A DNA stretch of 64,000 nt from NCBI GenBank assembly GCA_038087875.1, contig CM075985.1, forward strand, positions 11,780,001 to 11,844,000. The letters are read 5' to 3'. Below the pieces are notes generated by a model. That model was not told where the DNA came from. It was given only the letters and a program-made list of their open reading frames with translations, and made no database searches. Positions 36,153 to 49,604 of the stretch are shown here, one piece after another. Position 1 is the first letter of the stretch. Every line of letters begins with the position of its first letter. This DNA comes from Malacoraja senta (lineage: Eukaryota). A program made the position numbers and the translations under genes.

Positions 36153-37675
36153 ATACCAGGAGGAACAGGACACAGTCATGAACAGGACACAGTGGGAGGA
36201 AAAGTGTCCTGAACCACGGCACTCAGAGGGCGAGTCTCTGAGGTTTCAAGGAACAGACTGTGACTGTCATCTTTGCTACGTGTTGTTTCTTTGTATTGGA
36301 TGCAACTTATGTCATAAATCTTCTCCATGTAACCAATAGACCTGCACCCACAGTGATTGTTGTGGTCACAGACAAGTCTCCTGAATTAGGTTGTATAAAT
36401 GGTTTTGTAAATGTTATACTTGGAGCATACTGTAGGATAATGGGAGGTTGTGCTTTTTGATGGGAGAAATACCAAAACAGAACATTTCACGTGGTGAGAA
36501 GCCAGTAAATGTTGGTGTGTGGAGGGGTGCAGGCGTGTTGGTTCACCAGATGCTGAAAGTTAATCTCTAGCTGGAACAAGCAATTATGAAGCCTGGTACT
36601 GGGATGGTGTCGACATTTGGCTATTATGAGAAGATAAACTTTCCTTTGCAGAAGGAGAATCTTCTAGATGTTCTCACTCAGAGGGCTGTTGATTGTCAGA
36701 ATACACATGATGTTACTGTTTGTTTAAGATTTAGTTTTAGACATTAACACTGCAAACAAAACCATTGGCTCACTGCCACTACGCTGACCATCAATACCCA
36801 TTCACATTTGTTCTATGTTATCCCACTTTCTTATCCACTGCCTGCAAATGAGAAGCAATTTTACAATTAACCTGCATATCCGCACAACTTTGGGATGTGA
36901 GATGAAACAGGAGCACGCGGAGGAAACGCATGTGATTAACATCTGCAACATCTCCAAGTTTGCGGATGACACAAAGCTGGGGGGCAGTGTTAGCTGTGAG
37001 GAGGATGCTAGGAGGCTGCAAGGTGACTTGGATAGGTTGGGTGAGTGGGCAAATGCATGGCAGGTGCAGTATAATGTGGATAAATGTGAGGTTATCCACT
37101 TTGGTGGCAAAAACAGGAAAGTAGACTATTATCTGAATGGTGGCCGATTAGGAAAAGGGGAGATGCAACGAGACCTGGGTGTCATGGTACACCAGTCATT
37201 GAAAGTAGGCATGCAGGTGCAGCAGGCAGTGAAGAAAGCGAATGGTATGTTAGCATTCATAGCAAAAGGATTTGAGTATAAGAGCAGGGAGGTTCTACTG
37301 CAGTTGTACAGGGTCTTGGTGAGACCACACCTGGAGTATTGCGTACAGTTTTGATCTCCTAATCTGAGGAAAGACATCTTGCCATAGAAGGAGTACAGAG
37401 AAGGTTCACCAGACTGATTCCCGGGATGGCAGGACTTTCATATGAAGAAAGACTGGATAGACTCGGCTTGTACTCGCTAGAATTTAGAAGATTGAGGGGG
37501 GATCTTATAGAAACTTACAAAATTCTTAAGGGGTTGGACAGGCTAGATGCAGGAAGATTATTCCCGATGTTGGGGAAGTCCAGAACAAGGGGTCACAGTT
37601 TAAGAATAAGGGGGAAGTCTTTTAGGACCGAGATGAGAAAATCATTTTTTACACAGGGAGTGGTGAATCTGTGGA

Positions 37676-40600
37676 ATTTTACTTCGGAGTCACGTGAGTG
37701 ACTACGTGAAGAAGACCCGTCAGGGCGCATGTGCGTCATTACGTCGGTCGCATTGGCGCAGACAGGCTGGCAGGAACAAAGTTCTCCAGCGGTAAGTTTA
37801 AAAAATCCTGCAGGTAAGTTTAAACTTACTTTTTCAGGTTGTCCATTGCAGGAATCATTTTCCCAGGTTCCTGCTGGACATGGAAAAATTCAGCGAAATC
37901 CTGTGGACCACGGAGAAATTGTGGACCGCGGGGATGTCGGCTTTGGACCGCGGGAGTGCGGTAGCAGGCTGCCGGTGGGTTTTGCTGGTGCAGTCGCAGA
38001 CAGAATGGTCCGCGACTCCAGAGGTTAATTCGGGCCGCGGGTTCTTCTTGGTTCTTGGTTTCTTGGTCCTCCAAAATATTCCAAATGGAATTCAAACTGG
38101 AGGTGGTGGAGGGAGGACTTAAGCCAGAAAGGGTTTTTGGGAAGAAAGAGTTACCTTAAATTTAGTTGCATCTGGTTGGGTAACTATGGTAGGGTGAAGA
38201 TTATTCCATGCTTTAATTGTGCGGGGGAAGAATGAATTGCTGTACACATCTGTCTTGGCAGCTGGAATCTCAAATTGGATCGAATGTCCTCGTCTGCTCC
38301 TAATTGGTTTGGGTTTGGTGTAGGTCTTGTAATCTATGTTGAGCTGACCATTTAACATTTTGTAAAAACAGGTCAAACGGTGAGCTTCACGTCTGTCTTG
38401 GACAGGGTTCCACCCCAGAGAATTCAGAAGTTTGGTTATTTATAGACCGTGGGTTGAAGCAAGCTGCGTTCACCATAGAGGTGGCTGTTAGGCTTGCTGT
38501 TTCGAGTTGCTGACAGGCAGGTCAGCGACTCCAGCGAAATGTTTTAAATAGGGGCTGCGGGGTTCTCTACACCGCGGGGATACCGGCTACGGTCCGCAAT
38601 AAATTGAGGAGCCGGTGGCCGTCGGACTTCTTGAGAGAGTCGCTGACAGTAAGGTCAGCGACTCCCAGGGGGGGTGCAGACTGAGTGGTTGTCGGGTTAC
38701 TACCCGGCTCATTGAGGAAGGACCCGACTTTGCCAGCCATATATGTTGAAATATGTGGAGCCTGGCCAGGAGGGTCCTCTCTGTTATATGTGTACGTCCT
38801 CAGTGGAGAGGAGTAAGGCTCAGGGCTGCTTATTAATTCCTCAGTGGAGAGGAGTACAAAGGGTCAGTGTGTGGCTGACTCCAACCCCAACTCAGGAAGA
38901 GAGGTTAGTGGTTTATCACCTTTATGTGTCTAGGTGGAAAAGTAGCAATTTCTGCTAATTCTGAGGAGGTTTCAGGTTGCCCTCCAAATTAAAGACGAAC
39001 GCAATTTTGAGAAGCGTTCAAAAGGGCATTATAGTTACCACTTCGTCACATTGTGACTATTATACTGAGATAGATGATTATCATTTATTCAATTAAGGAG
39101 ATGGGAAGACGTGTAAAGCTGTATTATCAGTCACCTGTGGGAGTTACACCAGGTGGCGTCATAGTAATTGCTGCTCATTAAAAGGGACTGAGCACGGTTT
39201 CTTCCCCAAGACGCCGGTTTACTCATAGTAAAAGTAAATAAAGCCCAGGTTTACAGGGATGGGCGTCTTCATTCACGTAAATGTCTTTGGCTATGACAAA
39301 TAATTGTTAAGTTTGTTCCAGCATTTCCCACTATGTCTGATGTACGGGGGCCAGAGGCGCTCCAATTCTTCCCTATAGACGGAGTTGGCATTGGGAAGGA
39401 GCACGATTTCGAGTCGCTAGCACTGCAGCCTGTTTGGGGAAGGAGGACACCAACAGAGTATCGAATTGCATGGCTAGTCCTGGCGGCTGCTGTAGGCAGC
39501 GACCTGATAACCCCAACAGAGTGAGTGCCAAGCCAGGGGTATCAATGTCAGACAACATTGCGTCTTGTTGCAATTCAAGAACGCTCCATCGTAAGGCATG
39601 TCAGGCAGCAACACCTAGTAAAGGGTTGCAAAGTCCCCCCACTCAAGGGTCGGAGTGGTCGAGAGAGTGCTACAGGAGGATGCACATGTGCCTGAAGCAA
39701 CACCTGTTTGTAGGGTTGCCATTCCTCCCACTTGGTGCACCACAGTGGTCGAGATAGTGCTAAAATACATGCACACATGCCTAAGGTGACGCCTAGTAAA
39801 GGGTTGCCAAAATTTCTCCCACTCAAATGGCGGAGTGGTCGAGAGAGTGCTACAGGAGTATGCACATGGGCCTGAAGCAACACCTGTTTGCAGGGCTGCC
39901 ATTACTCCCACTCGGTTTCTCCGTAGTGGTCGAGATGGTGCTAAAATACATGCACACAGGCCTGGGGTAGCTCCTGTTGAAGGTTGCATAAGTCCTCCCA
40001 TGTGGATGTATAGTGGATGAAGATGGAGCCACACACACATATGTGATAAGATTGTGGGGAATGGAGTCGAACAACATGCTTGGTACAGAGGCATGTACAA
40101 GCAAATGGAGGAGATGGATGGTGATACCTGCTTCAGCTTCGATAAGTCCCACTCTAAAAGAGTGTCTAAGGTTAGTATTGATTAACTCCAAACAGGAATC
40201 CAAACATGGCTATGTGCCGGGATCCCATGCTGAATGCATGAGGGTAAGCAGTGGGCGTTTGCCTAAAAAATTGCTGCTCAGTCGCTGATTGCTGATCCAT
40301 CCAGAGAAATCCAAATTAACACCTGACTATTTGGGTCATAATTGATTCAATTAAGTGCTCTACCCAGGAAAAAAGGGTAGAGCTAATTGACAGCTGTATC
40401 AAGCTAATTGGGGCATTAAGGATACATTCGGGTCATTATAATAGACCTATGCAGTTATCAGTAAAGACAATGCTAATTTGCAATGGTTTCACCATGTGTC
40501 CAGGAGTTATAGCAAGATAATACTTGACGAACCTTCCATGATTTTGCAGATGAATGTCACGAATACGAGTTTCAACTGTGGAGGCAGATGGGCTGAGCAA

Positions 40601-42783
40601 GAGGCATCACTTCTGCAGACATGGGCAATTAACTATGAAGAGGTTTTAAGGACAACGCTTATTGCTCTAACAAATGTATCTGCATGTTCAGTTTCAGATT
40701 GACAATACAATGCAAGTGGCATATATATTAATCACATCGGTGGAAACAAGTCGGAATTTTGTGATAGATTGGCTAATCAAATTTGAGCCTGGTGCATTGG
40801 AAAAGATATTTCAGCTATTTATCTACCAGGTAGATTCTACATAGTAGCAGACGCCAAGTCACGAACATTCCATGACAACATAGATTGAATGTTCAACAAG
40901 GAGGTGTTCAATAATATAGTACTTGTATATGAATGCCATATATCGATTTGTTTTGCATCAAGGTCAACCATCAGATGCCTAAATAGGTTTCATGAGAACC
41001 AGACCAGGTGGCAGTTGCAATTAATACTTTGATGTTGAGGTGGTATATAATTTTTTTTCTATTTTTTTTTTCTTCCTACCATTTTGCCTAATATGTCAGA
41101 GTCTGCAAGAAATCAAGCAGGATGCCACTTTGGGGATGCTTGTAATACCTAATTGGCCGAATCAAGCATAATTTCCTTTTGATGTTACAGTTAGGGATCC
41201 AACCTCTTTTTGGTGGTTCCCAAGCGTAGGAATTGACTGGAGCATCCGCTAACACGGCAAAGTCATCTATTATGTGATTGTATTGACTTGTTAATTTGCA
41301 GGTTTTAAGAAGGCCATACCTGGAGCAAGGACTGTCTGGGTTTACGGTGGACATGCTCACTGTAGCCTGGAGAAAGAGTACTCAAAAGGGGTATATTACT
41401 TATGTAAAAAAATGGGACCAATATTGTGTACAAAATAATATTGACTATAATACTACAGGTATTGTGGATATTTTAGAGTTCCTGTTGACCCTCTATGATG
41501 ATGAGGGGCTCAGTTATAGCACCATTAATACAGCTTTAAGTGCTTTGTCATCCTGTGGGTTGCATGGGGTCAGGAAAGATCCTATTGAGTTTTATCATAT
41601 CATAGCTGGATTGATGAAAGGAATTTCAACTCTAAATCTCCTAAACCCAGGTATATGGCGATCTGGGATGTGTGCAAGATGTTTCGACAGTAGGTTCCTG
41701 GCATGTCTCTGAATTTGCCAAACTAATCATGAAAGGGGTTATGCTCTTGGCATTGGTTCAGCATAGCAAGTGCAGATTTTGGGGAAAAAAATTCTGCTAG
41801 ACAGGATGGAAGTTGCTGAAGAGAATGTTATGTTATATAATTGCGTACTGCTTAAGCAGAGCAGGCCAGGTGTCACAGGTTTGTTAAAATTGTGTTTCAG
41901 CATAACCTACTGATCCATGTTTATGTATAATGGCACATTTATTTTCATTATATTAAAGCTATAAAGATCTTAAGGAATGTGGAAACAGCATTGTTTATCA
42001 GTTACATGAAGCCACACACGAGAGTGTCAGTGCAGACTATCTCAAGTTGGTTTAAAGCAAATGTTGATTAAGGCAGGTATTAACACTGAAGTGTATATAT
42101 CCGTTTTCCACTAATGCAGCAGCAATGTCGTCGGCTAGGACGATGGATGTTCACAGCGGCCATAGTTTATAGGTGCCGGGTGGTCAAATGAATTATTTTT
42201 TTAAAAAATTTACCATCGGCCGATTGCCTATTGGGGAGAGGCTGTTTGCAAATTCAGTATTAAGTCCTGTTTAGTTCCTCTGGGATAGACGGGTTACTGT
42301 TTGTTTTCATTATTCAAATCAATTGTTATTGCATGATATTACCATTTCATGTTTAACGCATTATTGATTGTTTCTCATCGAAAGTCAATCAATGCAGTGA
42401 GGCCGGGATTTACATCTGCGGCATAAAATCACAGAGCTTTGAAATCTTCACGTAGTCACTCACGTGACTCCGAAGTAAAATAGTAAGATTAAATGAGAAC
42501 TTACCAGTTTGAAGTTTGATCTTTATTTTATGAGGAGTTACGTTGGTGATTACGTGCCCGCCACGCCCAACCCTCTCTCATAAAAAAGGTCATATGGTAG
42601 TTCTCATGTTGCTCATCTTAATATGTTACTTCAATTATTGTGTTGTCTGTGATTTCATTCCGCTGCTTTGAAGATTGACGCTCATGCGCCCTGACGGGTC
42701 TTCTTCACGTAATCACCAACGTAACTCCTCATAAAATAAAGATCAAACTTCAAACTGGTAAGTTCTCATTTAATCTTACTATT
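37676..42783 (+). mobile_element. DIRS1-type retrotransposon (copy D), both ends present, heavily decayed
   Basis: 5' TTTTACTTCGGAGTCACGTGAG, YR N-terminus at 41296-41712 (GLSYSTINTALSALS), ICR and terminal inverted repeat at 42445-42783. Region 39170-39600 is similar to copy B 5040-5430. Confidence 0.93.
38042..38435 (-). mobile_element. CR1/L2-clade LINE 3' fragment nested in DIRS copy D
   Basis: FYKMLNG...RSRRGHS...YSNSFFPRTIKAWNNL, followed by a (CCAAGAA)n tail. Confidence 0.8.
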
Positions 42784-43561
42784 CTCTGCCACAGAAGGTA
42801 GTTGAGGCCAGTTCATTGGCTATATTTAAGAGGGAGTTAGATGTGGCCCTTGTGGCTAAAGGGATCAGGGGGTATGGAGAGAAGGCTGGTACAGGATACT
42901 GAGTTGGATGATCAGCCATGATCATATCGAATGGCGGTGCAGGCTCGAAGGGCCGAATGGCCTACTCCTGCACCTATTTTCTATGTTTCTATGTTTCTAA
43001 CACAGGAAGATTGTCCAAACTCCTCACAGACTGCAGCTGAGGTCAGGATCGAATGCAGGTCTGTGGCAGTGTGAGGACTGTGCTGCCAATATCGTATTCT
43101 GTGGGGAGTCTCCATAAATGAACTTGTCGGAATGTTGTATAAACCCAACTCTTCAGTGAAGCTCGTTTGGACGGGTGTCACAGGTCATCACTGGAAACTT
43201 ACAACGGTATAATCACTCGTACAAATGCCAAATGTGACAATGTTTGAATACGATAACTGGCAAAGCGAAGTCAGGTAACATCACTGGAAATAATACGGAG
43301 CTACATGAAGAACTTTCTAAGCTCACTTTGAGCAGAAGGCCAAAGGGCAATGAAACCCATCCATTCATCCGCAAGTATGCCTCTTTCCAGGGGCACTGTT
43401 ACAGAGGTTAGATCGGCCTTCTTGAAGGGAAAGCAACTGGTCCAGATGGAGTTCCTGGACAGGTAGTTTGGATGGATAGGTAGGACAGGCCAGACTAATT
43501 GGCCTGGATAGAGCAGATGTGGCGAGGCTGTTTCGACTAGTGGGAGAGTCTGTCCAGAGTT

Positions 43562-43850
43562 CATAGCCTCAGAATTAAAGGATGTTCCTTTAGGAAGGAG
43601 ATGAGGAAGAATTTCTTTAGTGAGAGTGTAGTGAATCTGTGAAATTCATTGCCACAGAAAGCTGTGGAGGTCGTCCATGGATATTTTTGAGGGAAATATA
43701 GATAGATTCTTGATTAGTATGGGTGCCAGGTGTTATGGGGAGAAAGCAGAAGAATGGGGTTGAGAAGGAAAGATAGATCAGCCATGATGGAATGACAGAG
43801 TTGACTTGATGGGCAAAATGGCCTAATTCTGCTCCTATCACTTATGAACT
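43562..43850 (+). mobile_element. CR1 3' end fragment
   Basis: Similar to the 3' ends of the other CR1 copies. Confidence 0.75.
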
Positions 43851-43994
43851 TAGTGGCCACGTGGACCAGCTAGTGGGTGTAATCAGTTAGTCTGAAGAAG
43901 GATCTCGACCTGAAACATCCCCCATTCCTTCGATCCAGAGATGCTGCCTGACCCACTGAGTTACTCCAACATTTTGTGTCTATCTTCAGTGTAT

Positions 43995-45086
43995 TCATGA
44001 ACATCTTTAATCTCTCCCTTCTCAGTACTGAAGTACTCAGAGTACTCAGTACTCTTTTTCAAAAAGACCACCATCATCCCGGTGCCAAAGAAAAGCATGA
44101 TCTCATGCCTTAATGACTACATCCAGTGGCCTTGACATCCACCATCATGAAGTGCTTTGAGAGGTTAGCTATGGAGCCCATTAAACCCAGTCTTCCAAGC
44201 AGCCTTGACCCACTACAGTTCACCCACCGCCACAACAGGTCCACGGGTGATGCCATCTCCTTGGCCCTATACTCAATCCGTGGAACACCTGGACAAGAGA
44301 AACACCTACATCAGACTTCTATTCATAGACTACAGCTCTGCCTTTAACACCATTGCGGGACGGAGCCAGCACTCATCTCTGCAAACTCTCTTGACTTGAT
44401 TCTTGACTTCCTGTCCAACAGATCCCAATCAGTGAGGTTTGGGGACAAATCATCATCCACAACAATCCTCAACACGGGGGCTCTGCGTTCTCAGCCCCCT
44501 TCTTTATTCCTTGTACACCCACAACTGTGCGGCCATATACAAATCCAATTCAATTTACAAATTTGCTGACAACACCATCATTGTGGGCCGGATATCAAAT
44601 AATGATGAGCGGAGTACAGGAAGGAGATTGAGAACCTCATGACCTGGTGTTGAGAAAACAACATTTCAATGTCAGCAAGTCAAAGGAGATAGTGATCGAC
44701 CTCAGGAAGCGGAGCGGTACTAGTACCCTGGTGTGCATTGACGATGCTGAAGTAGAGATGGTTGAAAGCTTCAAATTCCTCAGAGTCAATATCATCGATA
44801 ACTTCTCCTGGACCACCCATATTGAAGCAATGGCCAAGAAAGCACACCCAGAGCCTCTACTTCCTTATAAAGCTTAGGACGTTTGGCATGTCCCCTCCAT
44901 CTCTCAACAATTTCTACAGATGCATTGTAGACAGATTTTTGGGGGGATGCATCACAGCATGGTTTGGGAACAACTCCATCCAAGATGGCAAGAAATTGCA
45001 GAGAATTGTGGAGGCAGCCCAGACCATGACACAAGCCAACCTCCCTTTCATTCACTCCATTTATACCTCACGCTACATCAGCAAGG
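43995..45086 (+). mobile_element. Rex1-like LINE RT region, degenerate
   Basis: [55 protein letters not shown]. Confidence 0.9.
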
Positions 45087-45307
45087 TGTAGTGTGTAGTG
45101 TAAGGGTTAAATAGACAATTTCAGCAAAAATCTAAAGTGAAGTGATCAGCTAAATTAGCAGCACAGCGTTCCAAACCCTCCGAAAATAAGATGTTTCCCA
45201 GATAATTGGGAGATGTTTTCTGCACCTGTTCATGCCTGGGAACTTGCATTGCTTGGGAGCGTAGCTTTTCTCAGGACATTCTATGGGAAAATGTATAGTT
45301 CTGAGAC

Positions 45308-45527
45308 CACTGCCTCAGAGGGCAGTGGAGGCCGGTTCTCTGGATACTTTCATGAGAGAGCTAGATAGGGCTCTTAAAGATAGCGGAGTCAGGGTATATG
45401 GGGAGAAGGCAAGGAACGGGGTTACTGATTGGGGATGATCAGCCATGATCACATTGATTGGTGGTGCTGACTCGAAGGGCCGAATAGCCTGCTCCTACAC
45501 CTATTGTCTATTGTCTATTGTCTATTG
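45308..45527 (+). mobile_element. CR1 3' end with (CTATTGT)n tail
   Basis: CR1 3' UTR motif CTCGAAGGGCCGAAT..CCT and a tandem tail. Confidence 0.8.
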
Positions 45528-45935
45528 TTATTGAGAAAAACACTACAGCAACAGTTGGGTAGACCACCTGCGCCCCCTGTCGCTAGTAATGCAGAAACGT
45601 TGCAGACAAGGGAGGCTTATGATTGGCTCGGGGAAGGTGCAGTGACATGGTGGGCTCACATAAGAAATCCCATAAAGGATGGTGTTGGGCGCCCTTTCTG
45701 TGAGAGGGCCCCAGCCTTGGACCGTGTCATGAACGGTGCCAGGTGATCAATATCAGGAACATCCTGTGGCGTGTTCTGCTGTGTTTGTGAGTGTGTATGG
45801 GGATATGTGAGCGTGTGAGTGCCGTGCCCTGCTGCGTACTCGGGGTTCGCGAGTGCGTACGGGGAGATACGGGGATACGTGAGTGTATGTGTCTAACTTG
45901 GTAGTACAATAAAACACCAAGTGTAATAAAACCGT
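45525..45935 (+). mobile_element. Solo LTR-like sequence
   Basis: TG start, GATTGG box, TATA-like CATAAA and two AATAAA near the end. No internal region. Confidence 0.4.
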
Positions 45936-46322
45936 CGTGGGTGTATGAGGAGCGGAGATGGGGGCTGAGAATGCATCCTTGCAGAGCACCAGTGTTGAGG
46001 ATTATCGTAAAGGATATGTCCCCTATCCTCACTGATTGTGGTCTGTTGGTTAGGAAATCAAAGATCCAGTTGCAGAGATAAATGCTGACTCCAAGTTCCA
46101 CAAGTTTGGTGACGAGCTTGGAATGGATAATGGTGTTAATAGCAGAGCTGTAGTCTATAAATAAAAGTCTGACAGAGGTGCCTCTCCTATCCAGGTGTTC
46201 CAGGAATGAGTAGGGCCAGGGAGATTGCAGCAGCCATGGACCTGTTTTGGCGGTGAACTACAGTGGGTCAAGCTGCTTGGTCAACCAGATTTAATGCGTT
46301 CCATCACTAGTTTCTCAAAGCA
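45935..46322 (-). mobile_element. Rex1-like LINE RT fragment
   Basis: [19 protein letters not shown]...[13 protein letters not shown]. Confidence 0.85.
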
Positions 46323-46527
46323 CTTGAACCCGATCGAACATCTCTGGAGGGACCTGAAAATAGCTGTGCATCGACGCTCCCTATCCAACCTGACAGAGCT
46401 TGTGAGGATCTGCAGAGAAGAGTGGGAGAAATTACCCAAATACAGGTGTGCCAAGCTTGTAGCGTCATACCCAAGAAAACTTAAGGCTGTAATTGCTGCA
46501 AAATGTGCCTCAACAAAGCACTGAGTA
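46323..46527 (+). mobile_element. Tc1-family transposase C-terminal fragment
   Basis: LNPIEHLWRDLKIAVHRRS..NLTEL..ICREEWEKLPKYRCAKLVASYPRKLKAVIAAK. Confidence 0.93.
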
Positions 46528-46820
46528 AAGCCCCTGTCCCACAGGCGATTTTTTCAGCGACTGCAGGTGACTAGGCTGCCGCCACATGGTCGCGGGGTGA
46601 CCCCTGTATGGTTGTGAGCAGTCTCCTCAAGTCGCCTAAAGAGTCATAACGTTTCTCTGGTCGCTGCTGGATTTGAAATATTGGTGACTGTGGGCTTGAC
46701 ATAGCTTGTCTTCTCCTGTCAAAGATGCTGTCGTAGGTTGTCGCCAGGTGTCGTTGGTTGTCGCCGCATGCTGACATCGGTGAATTCCACTGGGGACTAC
46801 CTACGTCAAGCGGCGACTAG
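46528..46820. mobile_element. Partial Harbinger-like MITE
   Basis: TAA-AGCCCCTGTCCCAC TIR start. Confidence 0.55.
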
Positions 46821-47399
46821 TTTGATCCATGATGTAAACCAAGGTCCTACTGAAGCTGATACAACTGCTGCCCATAAATTGAGCAAGGGAAGTTTGCCCA
46901 ATAACTTCGCCGGAAAGATAATCAACCATCATGTTTCAAGTCAATGAGTTGCAATGTCTAAGTTCTCTCTCCACCGTTGCCACGTGACCCGTTTCCATTT
47001 TCATTCCTGCTGCTGATCAGGGTTCAGAGACCAAGACCAATTTTTGACCTCAATAAATAAAGCTTGCATTGCCTCTCTCTTGGGACAAATCTCTGCACCA
47101 CTGATGCTGCTAACACTGAGCGGGTCGGTGGAGAACACAGTCAGGCTACCCGTTGGGATTTGTTTCTGTTGTGTGCTGCAGGTAACAGCGACTCTCACCT
47201 TCCCACGGTTTGTACTGTCAGTGGCTGCTGATCCACGACCAGTGCAGAAAACAACCCCCGGGCTGGACAGTGTGTAGGATACATCCCGCCTGTACTGTAG
47301 CCAGCTCCTGGAGTAATTGTGTAGACCACAGCCTCATGTGGTTACTGACTGACTGTGGAGGATTGAATCCCAGCTCAATACATAGCAGGAACAAGTCCA

Positions 47400-48035
47400 T
47401 TTGCCCACATGATGCAAAGTTAAACTAATTTTCTTTGCCAGCATGTGATCCATATCCCTCCATTTCCTGCATCTCAATGGCCGATCTAAAAACCTCTTAA
47501 ACACCACTGTCATATCTGCCTCCACCACCACCCATGACACTGCATTCCAGACATTCACCGCTCTCTGAACAAAACTTGCCAAACATATCTATCTTAAAAT
47601 CTCCATATCTGACTTTAAAGACATGCCCTCTGAACTTTGATATATCCATCTTGGTAAAAAGGTTCTGAGTGTCTATGCCTTTATATACCTTTATCAAAAC
47701 TCCCCTCAACCTCCAACACTCCAGAGAAAACAATCCAAGTTTGTCCAACCTCTCCTTATTGCTAATACCCTCTAATACAGGACACATTCTGGTCAATCTC
47801 TTCTGCACCCACTCCAACGTTTCCACCTCCTTCCTGCAATGGAATAATTGAACTGTAAACATTACTCCACTTACGGCCTAACCAAAGGTTTATAAAAATG
47901 TAATTTGACTTCCTGATTTTTATGATTTTCAAAGCCTCAGACCAATGAACGCAAGCATGCCATATTTGTTTTTTACCACTCTATCTACATGTCTTACCAC
48001 TTACAGGAAGTTATGGTCTTGGAACCCAAGATCTC
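47400..48035 (-). mobile_element. CR1 3' fragment, decayed
   Basis: LEWVQKRLTRM...ERLDKLGLFSLE. Confidence 0.85.
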
Positions 48036-48039
48036 TCTT

Positions 48040-48855
48040 ATTTTTTTAAATAATGTTTTTATTAAAAGCATATGTACAAATGATAATAAGCGACAAACTG
48101 GTTACAGAGTTCTTACATAGCTTCAATTTTTAAAGTTTTTTTTAAAAGAAAAGAAATAAAGAAAGAAAGAGATGAGAAACTAAACTAATAGAAAGAAAGA
48201 AAGCAAGAGAGGAGATTACAAATGTAAAGATTGTGGAGGTAGAATGGGAGATATTGAATATAGTTGTTCATCCAACATGTTTACTTTTTTAAAAATTCAA
48301 TAAATGGAGACCATATTTTAAAAAATAGTTCTGGTTTGTCAATTAAGACAAATCTTATTTTTTCCAAAAACAAGGTCTCGGTCATTTCCGTAATCCACAT
48401 TTTAATTGTGGAGGTTGCTGTTTTTTTCCAAAATTTAAGTTAATTTTTTCACAGTTATTAAACTGTCATCATGAAAGTGTCTCTGGCTTATTGTAAAGTT
48501 TGTGGTATGTTCTGATAATCCTAATATTATTAATTTTGGATCTGGGTCGAGTTGAATATCGATGACTTTAGAGATAATTTTAAAAATGTCCGTCGAAAAT
48601 GTTGCATTTTTATACAGGTTACAAAAGTATGAGTTAAATTGGCTTCTTGAAATTAACATTTATCACAGAGTGGGGAAGTACTTGGGAAGATCCTATTTAA
48701 TTTTGTCTTTGAATAGTGTAATCTATGTAATATTTTAAACTGTATTAAGAAATGCCTAGTGTTTAACGAGCAGTGATGTATATATTGTAAACTTTCATCC
48801 CATATGTCTTTCAATATGGGTTGAGCCAATTCATCCACCCATGCTCGTCTATATG
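48040..48855 (-). mobile_element. L1 3' end (ORF2 C-terminus and A-rich tail)
   Basis: LIQFKILHRLHYSKTKL...PLCDKC, then AATAAA and an A-rich end at ~48040-48065. Confidence 0.85.
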
Positions 48856-49600
48856 ACTCTGACCCAAGATCTCTCTGTATATCAATGCTGTTTAGGGTTT
48901 TGTCATTTACTGTGTCCTTTCCCCTTACGTTTAACCTCCCAAAGTGCAACATCTCAATGCTGCTCCATCTACCATTTCTCTGCACAGGTGCCTCCGAGGG
49001 TGCAGGAGGTGAGACCCCAACCCACTCACCAGCATCTTTGTTTTCCTCTGTCCACCACTGCCATCAACTTGAAGGTTTCTTCAAGACATCCACTGTCATA
49101 CCCTCATCAATCATTGTTGTCACCTTTTCCAAAAACTTCAAGTTAGTAAGTGAAGTCTGCATGGACAAAGCCATGCTGACTGTCCTAATTATCCCATTCT
49201 CTTCCAAATGGGAGTAAATCCTATCCCAAAGAATCCCCTCCAATAGCTTTTCTACCACTGGTGTGAGGCTCACCGGATATATTAACAACTTAGATGAAGG
49301 AATTAAATGTAACATCTCCAAGTTTGCAGATGACACAAAGCTTGGTGGCAGTGTGAGCTGTGAGGAGGATGCTTTGAGGCTGCAGGGTGACTTGGATAGG
49401 TTGGGTGAGTGGGCAGATGCATGGCAGACAGTGTAATGTGGATAAATGTGAGATTATCCACTTTGGTGGCAAGAACAAAAGGCAGATTATTATCTGCATG
49501 GTGTCAGATTAGGAAAAGGGTAGGTGCAATGAGACCTGGATGTCCTTGTGCATCAGTCACTGAAAGTAAGCATAGAGGTGCAGCAGGCAGTGAATAAAGC
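48856..49600. mobile_element. Mixed CR1 fragments (minus strand 48856-49275, plus strand 49276-49600)
   Basis: PVSLTPVVEKLLEGI on the minus strand and SKFADDTKLGG on the plus strand. Confidence 0.8.
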
Positions 49601-49604
49601 ATAT

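Larger units (their letters stand above)
36940..42997 (+). mobile_element. CR1 LINE 3' part, split by DIRS copy D (36940-37678 and 42784-42997)
   Basis: SKFADDTKLGG...RPHLEYCVQF. GTGGAATT|CTCTGCCACAG rejoins across the DIRS, and there is a (TTTCTATG)n tail. Confidence 0.95.

Noticed and set aside
35570-36181. 203 aa ORF
   Set aside because: It is a pyrimidine-rich Penelope-associated repeat plus a (GA)n microsatellite, giving a low-complexity translation.
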